A DNA stretch of 64,000 nucleotides from contig JAPDJP010000015.1 in NCBI GenBank assembly GCA_029259055.1, forward strand, positions 16,721-80,720, read 5' to 3'. This stretch comes from Thermoplasmatota archaeon. Lineage in GTDB: Archaea; Thermoplasmatota; E2; UBA202; JdFR-43. The notes beneath the pieces are model-generated. The model was not told where the DNA came from and searched no databases. It saw only the letters and a program-made list of their open reading frames with translations. This document shows, piece after piece, positions 19,486 through 28,200 of this stretch (position 1 is its first letter; the number at the start of each line of letters is the position of its first letter). A program made the position numbers and the translations under genes.

Positions 19486-22400
19486 CCTATCACCTCCATT
19501 AAAAAGCTACCAGAATTTGCAACCCTCAAAACGACACAATCCCCCGGTTCAATAACAAAATCATAAGAGGAAGGAGAAACACCAACTATATAATCATCAA
19601 ACCCCCCTTTATTAACATTCCATTTACTTATTACACTCCCTTCTGGCATAATATCACTTCCTATTAATTCAGCAAGCTGAGAAGCCTTTATTGATTGGCT
19701 CAGCCATGGAATATAATTGACAACATTTTTTTGATTTTTAACTAAAGAGATTTTAGTATCAACCCTTACAATTTTTGAAATGCTATCGTTATACTCACCA
19801 TTAAAAATCGTAAGAGTAACATTGTAATAATTTCCTAATGGATAAGTATGGCTTGTATTTCTATCCATGCATTTCTTACCATCCCCAAAATCCCAAAGCC
19901 AGGCAGAAGCACCTTTTGATAAATCAATAAAATCTATTTTTTGTTTAGATACCGGATTCTCAGGTATATATGTAAAATTAGCTATTAGGATTATTATTTC
20001 CAAATTTTTGCTTATGTTGCCAATGCATCCATCATCATCTGTTATAGTAAGAGTAACATTGTATATTCCATCATCAGAATAGGAATGGGTAACAACGCTT
20101 CCATATGCAACGCTTCCATCTCCAAAGTTCCATGTATAATTTACAATGTAGCCATCTAAATCATAACTTGAAGAAGCATTGAATATAACGGTATTGTTCA
20201 CAATTTCATATGAGAAATTAGCAAAAGGTTTTCTATTCATTACAACAATTTTTTTTGTTATGTTGCCAATCAATCCATCATTATCAACAACTCTCAAAGT
20301 AACATTGTATATACCATCATCATTCCATGAATGCTCAACTACATCACCACTTTCATCAAATATACCATCACCATTCCAATCCCATTCATATGATACAATA
20401 GAGCCATCTAAATCATAACTTAATGAGCCATTGAAAATAACGGACTCAAAAGTATATGGATTTAAAGGCATAAAGGAAAAATTGGCAATAGGAGGGGAAG
20501 TTAAATTGAAAGAATAGATATTTGATTTAATGCCATTTAATTCATCTTTTGCAAAAATGTAAAATTCATATTTTCCATATTCAAAACTTGAATTGTAATA
20601 ATAAGTATCGTTTAATCCTTTAGTCATTTTTGCAGAAAAATTAGAAAAATTAATCCACACTTCCTTTACTTCAATATTATCTATAACAATGCAGGAAATA
20701 TTTACATATTCATTAATAAGAATGCTCACATTTCTTATTTCAGGTGGGTCATTATCAATTATATTAACAATTTTCTCCCCCGTACTATTCCAATTCCCGA
20801 ATTCATCTTTTGCTACAATCATATAATGCAAAATAGTTTCATTAGCAACAATAATCTCTTTAATCCAATAATCTCCAGATTTTTCCATACTTTCATTATA
20901 ATGGCTTCCATTATACCAGTATTCAACAAATGCTGTTACATTACTTTTATCGCTTATACTTGCATTAAAAATAAAAGAATCACCAGTTGTCGGTATGGAA
21001 GTTAAATCCTTTATTGTTGGCTTTTCAATATCTATGAAATTTGCAACCAAGCTTTTATTTGAATCTAACAAAATTTGAATAGTTTCATTCACACTGCTTA
21101 CATCCCCGCTCCAATAAGCAAATTCATAGCCATCATATGCATATGCAGTTATGGTTATGTAACCATATCCATATAAACCGCTAGATGGAACAGTATATCC
21201 AGCATTTGGAGGAAATATGCTTATATTTAGCTTAAAAGCTTTTGTTTTAAAATGCCATATACAACTCATATTTTCAATTTTGCCATCATTTACAACAACA
21301 TACCAGTAATATGTTTTATTATATTCTAAATTAAGCTGGCATTCAACATTTCCAGAAACATTTTCAAATTCCGCTACCAATTCATCATTCAAATAGAAAT
21401 AAACATGCAATGAATCATTATCCACATCATATATATATGCTATTAAGCTAACATTTTTTGAAACAATGGAATTATTTTCTGGCTCTAATAAATGAATAAT
21501 TGGAGGATGATTATACATAACAATTTTACTTACGTTACCAACGCATCCATCATTATCAACAACTGTAAGAACAACAGTATAATTTCCTGTATTACTATAA
21601 GAATGAGTAACAACTTTTCCATGTCCAACGCTTCCATCTCCAAAATCCCATGTATAATTTACAATGTAGCCATCTAAATCATAACTTGAAGAAGCATTGA
21701 ATATAACAGTATTGTTCACAATTTCATATGAGAAATTAGCAATAGGTTTTTGTAGAACATTTATTGATACAGTATCATATAATTTTGTTCCTAAAATATC
21801 AATTACTGTTAAATTAGCAACAGAAGAAATATTATAAGTACATGTTATGGAAAAATTACCAGATAAATTCCCAACATATTCAGCTATTCCGTCGTTATTT
21901 ATGTCCAGTTTCCATATAGAAATTTCTCCGTCTATATTAATGTAGAATGTAACTGTAAGGGGGGCGCATCCCTGATTTATATTTACAGATAAATTACAGA
22001 AAGGCTCTTTAATTATTTTAAAGGAATATGTAGAAGAAACATTAACATTTCCATTAATGTCAATGGCACATATAAAGAAATAATATGTTCCTACCATGGA
22101 ATATGTTTGGTTTATATAGCGATTAGAGATTTTTTGCATGCTACCGTCTGGATAGGTTATATTAATCCATGTTTCCTTTATACCTGCATTATCTGTAACA
22201 TTGCAGGATATGTTAACGTATTTACCTTTATATTGAATCGATGGATTTATATTAATATCTAAAATTTTTGGTGGCAGATTATCCGATACAGTTTTAAAAT
22301 ACCATATACAACTCATATTTTCAATTTTGCCATCATTTACAACAACATACCAGTAATATGTTTTATTATATTCTAAATAAAGCTGGCATTCAACATTTCC

Positions 22401-25274
22401 AGAAACATTTTCAAATTCCGCTACCAATTCATCATTCAAATAGAAATAAACATGCAATGAATCATTATCCACATCATATATACATGCTATTAAGCTAACA
22501 TTTTTTGAAACAATGGAATTATTTTCTGGCTCTAATAAATGAATAATTGGAGGATGATTATATGAAATATACATAACAATTTTACTTACGTTACCAACGC
22601 ATCCATCATTATCAACAACTGTAAGAACAACAGTATAATTTCCTGTATTACTATAAGAATGAGTAACAACGCTTCCATATGCAACGTTTCCATCTCCAAA
22701 ATTCCATGTATAGTTTACAATGTAGCCATCTAAATCATAACTTGAAGAAGCATTGAATATAACGGTATTGTTCACAATTTCATATGAGAAATTAGCAATA
22801 GGAAAATACGTAACTGTAAAATTATAAATAGGAGAAGAAATGGAATTGTTGCTTAAATCTCTTGCCCATACATAAAAATAATATGTTCCTAGATCATTAC
22901 ATATTATAGATGCAGAGAAGTTATTTCCGTATCCAAACATGCTCACATTTATTTTACCAGTGGGCTTTGTTACATTTAAATACACCTTATCCAGTCCTCT
23001 ATTATCTCTTACCATACAAGATATATTTGTGATGCCAGGCTCTATAAATCTATTATACGATATATTGCTAATAATGGGTGGCAGGCTATCAATAATTTTG
23101 AAGGTATAATTTTTGGTGGCATTTAAATATCCATTTACATCAGTTGCATAAATATAAAATTCATGCAGCCCAATATCAAAAGTTGAATTTATATAGTATA
23201 TGCCATTTCCCTTTTCATCCGCTATTTTGCTCATGCTTATATTTTCATCATCTATTACAATTATAACGCTTTCAACACCCACATTATCATAGACGTAGCA
23301 TGAAATATTAACAGGATATCCATATTGTTGTACATTCTGATAGCTTATATTCTTTATGGAGGGCGGCATCGGCGGAACTATTATGGTAAAGTTCAGTAGA
23401 TTAGTTGTATTCGTGTTCCCGCTTTTATCCTTTGTCCAGATATAGTAATAATATGTTCCTTCCTCATTACCCAAGATTTTATAATAATATAAATTTCCCG
23501 CTTTATTCATACTTATATTTGTAAAGTTGCCAGAAGGCGTTGTAATATTTATTTTAGCAATACTTACTTCAACATTATCTATAATTATGCACGATATATT
23601 GACGTATTCATCGATTTCTTGTGGATTTGGACAGGCGGATAGATTTTTAATTTCTGGAGGAATCAAATCCAAAACAACTATACTCTTTGTTATGCTACTT
23701 GTTGCATAGTCATCATCGGTAACAGTAAGAGTAACATTGTATATTCCATCCCTATAATATGTATGCAATGGATTTTTATAATTACCTTCTAAGATTGTTC
23801 CATCCCCAAAATCCCATCTCCATATGTATATGTCTCCATCAGGGTCTATTGATAAATCCGTAAATAAAACTTCCTCTCCCACCTGAGGATTCTCCGGAAT
23901 AAAATTAAAATCCGCAACTGGTGGAATATTCTCTACAAATATTTCCTTTTCCATAACATCCCAAGCACCATCATTATCATATACAGTTAATCTTACAACA
24001 TATGATGGAGGACTATTCTGTGTATATCTATGGGTAACAACTTTTCCATGTCCAACGCTTCCATCTCCAAAATCCCATGTATAATTTACAATGTAGCCAT
24101 CTAAATCATAACTTGATGAAGCATTGAATACAATATCATCTAAATCTGTTGGATTGGTTGGCATATATGTGAAATTTGCTACCGGCTTGTATGCTATGAC
24201 AAATTTTTGTAGCGAAGATTTTTCAGAATTATTATTTACGTCCATTGCCCAGACATAATAGTAATATATTCCTTTTATGGAATATGTATTGTTGAAGTAA
24301 TATATATCACCAATATTATTCATACTCTCATTTATAAATGTGCCATTAGGAAAGGAAATATTTATATATGCAAATAATACCTCCACATTATCAACTATTT
24401 TACAACTAATATTAACCCATGAATTTGGAATCTGGATTTGAGGATTTGCTTTTAAATCATTAATATCTGGAGGGTATATATCCTCACCAAAATAGATTTC
24501 CATCAGGGGGTAGTAATCAAAATTTCCTTTTTCAAAAGGCTCTATCTGGTAAGGTATATCTCCTACCCCATCTCCGTCATCATCTGTCCCTGTGTACTTA
24601 TCCCAATAATTTCCAACATTTAAATAGAACCATTGATTAAAAGTGCTTTCGTCATATGCATCTATTCCATTATTTATGAAATTATTATAATAAAATATAT
24701 TGTATCTTGTATTTGAACCAAAATCTATACCATAGGCATTTGAAATAAATAAATTTTCTTTAATGGTGGAATTTTGTAGCCCGACCGCAGATATACCATA
24801 TGAATTCATATAAAAAATGTTAGTTGATATTAGATTGTTTATTCCCCCATATGAATATATTCCTCCATAGTTATGAGAAAAATTGCAATTCCTGATTGAG
24901 CAATTTTCAACGTTATCAAGTTTTATACCATAATATCCTTCGCTTGAATTTTTTATGGTAAATCCCTCTATTTCAACATTATTTGCAGTAATTGTTATTC
25001 CATGTTTTCCTTCTCCACATTCAATAATCGCTTTTTTATTTTCTCCTTTTAAAACTAAATTTTTATCAATTACTATATTTTCATGGTAAACACCAGCATA
25101 AACATATATTGTATCTCCAGGTAAAGCAAAATCTATGGCTTCCTGAATGTTATTAAAATCTGCTGTGCCATCATCATCAACATAAATTATTGCTGGCTTT
25201 GCAAATCTTATATTAAATAACGAAATCAATAGAAGAATTGTTATAATCCAAACAACCCTTTTTATAGCCACCAT
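19482..25274 (-). CDS. Gene B: 1930-aa secreted protein, N-terminal NosD/CASH beta-helix, about 7-8 PKD and several Ig-like domains
   Basis: Signal peptide; IYVDDDG.ADF..IQEAID...GDTIYVYAGVYHENI; GNYWD.Y.G.D.DGDGVGDIPY; repeated W[DN]FGDG; no C-terminal TM. Confidence 0.85.
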   Translation of the reverse strand: MVAIKRVVWIITILLLISLFNIRFAKPAIIYVDDDGTADFNNIQEAIDFALPGDTIYVYAGVYHENIVIDKNLVLKGENKKAIIECGEGKHGITITANNVEIEGFTIKNSSEGYYGIKLDNVENCSIRNCNFSHNYGGIYSYGGINNLISTNIFYMNSYGISAVGLQNSTIKENLFISNAYGIDFGSNTRYNIFYYNNFINNGIDAYDESTFNQWFYLNVGNYWDKYTGTDDDGDGVGDIPYQIEPFEKGNFDYYPLMEIYFGEDIYPPDINDLKANPQIQIPNSWVNISCKIVDNVEVLFAYINISFPNGTFINESMNNIGDIYYFNNTYSIKGIYYYYVWAMDVNNNSEKSSLQKFVIAYKPVANFTYMPTNPTDLDDIVFNASSSYDLDGYIVNYTWDFGDGSVGHGKVVTHRYTQNSPPSYVVRLTVYDNDGAWDVMEKEIFVENIPPVADFNFIPENPQVGEEVLFTDLSIDPDGDIYIWRWDFGDGTILEGNYKNPLHTYYRDGIYNVTLTVTDDDYATSSITKSIVVLDLIPPEIKNLSACPNPQEIDEYVNISCIIIDNVEVSIAKINITTPSGNFTNISMNKAGNLYYYKILGNEEGTYYYYIWTKDKSGNTNTTNLLNFTIIVPPMPPSIKNISYQNVQQYGYPVNISCYVYDNVGVESVIIVIDDENISMSKIADEKGNGIYYINSTFDIGLHEFYIYATDVNGYLNATKNYTFKIIDSLPPIISNISYNRFIEPGITNISCMVRDNRGLDKVYLNVTKPTGKINVSMFGYGNNFSASIICNDLGTYYFYVWARDLSNNSISSPIYNFTVTYFPIANFSYEIVNNTVIFNASSSYDLDGYIVNYTWNFGDGNVAYGSVVTHSYSNTGNYTVVLTVVDNDGCVGNVSKIVMYISYNHPPIIHLLEPENNSIVSKNVSLIACIYDVDNDSLHVYFYLNDELVAEFENVSGNVECQLYLEYNKTYYWYVVVNDGKIENMSCIWYFKTVSDNLPPKILDININPSIQYKGKYVNISCNVTDNAGIKETWINITYPDGSMQKISNRYINQTYSMVGTYYFFICAIDINGNVNVSSTYSFKIIKEPFCNLSVNINQGCAPLTVTFYINIDGEISIWKLDINNDGIAEYVGNLSGNFSITCTYNISSVANLTVIDILGTKLYDTVSINVLQKPIANFSYEIVNNTVIFNASSSYDLDGYIVNYTWDFGDGSVGHGKVVTHSYSNTGNYTVVLTVVDNDGCVGNVSKIVMYNHPPIIHLLEPENNSIVSKNVSLIAYIYDVDNDSLHVYFYLNDELVAEFENVSGNVECQLNLEYNKTYYWYVVVNDGKIENMSCIWHFKTKAFKLNISIFPPNAGYTVPSSGLYGYGYITITAYAYDGYEFAYWSGDVSSVNETIQILLDSNKSLVANFIDIEKPTIKDLTSIPTTGDSFIFNASISDKSNVTAFVEYWYNGSHYNESMEKSGDYWIKEIIVANETILHYMIVAKDEFGNWNSTGEKIVNIIDNDPPEIRNVSILINEYVNISCIVIDNIEVKEVWINFSNFSAKMTKGLNDTYYYNSSFEYGKYEFYIFAKDELNGIKSNIYSFNLTSPPIANFSFMPLNPYTFESVIFNGSLSYDLDGSIVSYEWDWNGDGIFDESGDVVEHSWNDDGIYNVTLRVVDNDGLIGNITKKIVVMNRKPFANFSYEIVNNTVIFNASSSYDLDGYIVNYTWNFGDGSVAYGSVVTHSYSDDGIYNVTLTITDDDGCIGNISKNLEIIILIANFTYIPENPVSKQKIDFIDLSKGASAWLWDFGDGKKCMDRNTSHTYPLGNYYNVTLTIFNGEYNDSISKIVRVDTKISLVKNQKNVVNYIPWLSQSIKASQLAELIGSDIMPEGSVISKWNVNKGGFDDYIVGVSPSSYDFVIEPGDCVVLRVANSGSFLMEVIG
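20006..20495. repeat. ~490-bp near-identical repeat, copy 2 (gene B)
   Basis: Matches 15157-15646. Confidence 0.93.
21244..22802. repeat. Intragenic ~500-bp duplication in gene B (21244-21746 and 22291-22802): PKD plus Ig-like module
   Basis: Offset 1047, changing to 1056 across a 9-nt in-frame indel; protein repeats NHPPIIHLLEPENNSIVSKNVSLIA...WYVVVNDGKIENMSCIW. Confidence 0.92.
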
Positions 25275-28200
25275 TTTCTCGGACTTAATAATGGGTACTT
25301 ATCTTGATTAATACCAGGAGGAATTATGTAAGGATCGGTTGAGATATGTTCATTCCAATAATTTCCAGATGTGCTTATATACCATGAATTATTTCCAGCA
25401 TCATATGCTTGGCTATCGTTATGAAGTGTATTGTTTATGAAGTTATTATAATAGAATTTATTTGCAGTACAATCTTGAGAAGCTACATATATTCCATAAT
25501 CATTTGTTGTTATGTTATTTTCATAAACTTCATTGTTAGTTGAGGAAGAAATTACAAAGATTCCATAAGAGTTATTCCATATGATGTTATGCATTATGTA
25601 ATTACTATTTGAAGAATTTATCAGGATACCTGCATTGCTATTATTCCATATAAGATTATCTGTAATTGGTAAAGAATCTCCTTGAGAGGAAAGTAATATA
25701 TAAATTCCATTTAAATTGAAAGATATATTGTTCTTCTGTATATCATTATTGTTTGAAGAATATAAATATAAGCCGTGTAAATTGTTTTCACGAATTTCGT
25801 TCAGTTGTATAGTATTACTATGAGATTTATTTAAAAATATACCATTTCCAGAATTATTATAAATCTGATTATTTTGTATCGAATTAATACTTGAGGAATA
25901 TAGGTATATACCATTTTCCCTGTTTTCATAAATTCTATTTCCTATAATTTCGTTGTTGCCTGCTGTTGCGGACCTTGACCTGTCCAAATAAATTCCATTT
26001 TTATTCCAAAATATTGTATTGTTCAAAATTGTGTTTCCAGAACCACCAGACAGCAATAAGTATATTCCATCATAGCTATTGCTATAAATAGTATTATTCA
26101 TAATATCATTATCATCTGAAGAGGAAATGTAAATGCCATTTTGAGTATTGTTGGATATTGTATTATTCATGATTTTATTGTTGTGACTATCTGATAACCA
26201 AATTCCTTGAAAATTTGATTTAATAGTATTGTTTATTATACTATTTGTACTTGCAGATAAAAATTGCATACCATAACCATTGTTTTCTATAGTATTGTTA
26301 AGTATTGTATTTTCCGAAGAATATGAAGACAAGACAATACCATAATCGTTTTGTGATATGGCGTTTTCTTTAATGATATTGTAATTTCCCTTTTCTATGC
26401 AAACTCCCTTCAAATTATTCCTTATAATGTTTTTTATAATATAGTTATCACTGGAGAGATAAGAAAGTTTTATTCCTTCTTTTGTATTTGACAATATGGT
26501 ATTGTTTTTGATATAATTTCCAACAGAGCGGTATAAACAGATGGCGGTACCATTATTAAATGATATATTGTTATTTGCAATGATATTTTCCCCATTTGTA
26601 GTCAGCATAGAAAATGCAAGATAGATTCCATTCCCATTATACAGAATTTCATTTGATGATATATTATTTTTATTACCCTGATAGATATAAATAGCTTGCA
26701 AGTTACCACTTATTACATTTGAAACTATTGTATTATTATTTGATGATGTAGAGAGATTAATGGCATAGGTGTTATTCATTATTGTATTTGATACGATAAT
26801 ATTGGAAGCAGAATAATAAGCACTTATTCCTTTGCTATTCAGATATATGTCATTTAAAATTAGGTCATTGTTACTAGAATTTTGGAGAGATATTGCAATG
26901 CTGTTATTATAGATTTTATTCTCTCTTAGTGTATTTGTATGGGAGAATTTTTCTATAAGTATCGCTTCCAAATCATTTTTTGCTATTGTGTTATTTATTA
27001 AAGAATTTGTATTTGATATTTCAAGCCTTATACCTCTATCATTATTAATGATTTTATTGTTTATAATTTCATTTCTATTTGTTGAAGACATCAAATAAAT
27101 TCCCTCTTGAGCATTACCGATGAAAGCATTGTTTGATATTATATTGCTTTCAGCTGAGTCAATAAATAAACCAATTCCATTTTGAGATATATTATTTTTA
27201 TCTATTGTGTTTAAGCTTGCTCTATATAAATAAAGTCCATATCCATTATTTTTAATATCATTATTTAGGATTTTGTTACCTAAGCTGTTGCTACCAAAAA
27301 TGCCATTTGTACAATTTTTTATTATGTTTCCTTGTATTGTATTATTATGGGAGCTCAACAAGTATATTCCATTATTTGCTCCGCTGATTGTACAATTAAT
27401 AATCTTTACCCTTGCTGAATTACTAACAAGAATTCCTGTTTGTAAATCTCCCTTAATAACAAAACCTTCTATTTTAGCCCAATCAATTGTTACTTCGATT
27501 CCTGTTTGTGAAGCAAAAATTGTTGGATTATCTATGCCAATTAGGTCTATTGATTTATTCAGAACGACGTCTTCATAATATATCTGCCCACTGCTTCCAA
27601 TTACATAAACTTTCCCTCCTGGCGTAACAGCATTTATTCCTTCTTGGATAGTAGCAAAATGATTTGGTTGATTTAGCCATTCTTCCGTTGCATCATTATT
27701 CACCCATACTTCTGTTGCATATCCTGCGCCCTCTGCTAGCCAAGCCAAAACATTTCTAAGATAATTCTCTCTGCTTTCCTGTGTTATTTCGTCAGCGTTT
27801 AAATCGAAGCCCAATATTATGCTTCTATTTCTCCCTCTCTCGGCATCTATCGCATAGTATCCAACTGGAATTGAAGATTTACTACCCTTTACCACGACAT
27901 CATCCAAATAATATCCATAGGAGCGCCAGCGCCAATCGCTGACCAAGCGCCACCTTATCTGAATAACTTTTCCAGCAAAAGCTGATATATCTATAGTGTG
28001 ATGTGTCCAGCTTCTTTGGTCACCATAAAATACAGCTATCGTTTGCCAAGTGCTTCCTCCGTCATCAGATATTTCCAGATATACATAGTCGTAGGTGTTA
28101 TGGTAGCCATATACTATATAATACCAATCATAAAATTCCAGTACAGCTGTTGTAAAATTGCTCAAATCTATACTACCTGTTTTTAACCAGCAATTTGCAT

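Noticed and set aside
15157-22802. DGR template/variable repeat pair
   Set aside because: Both copies are coding, mismatches are not adenine-specific, and no reverse transcriptase is in the window
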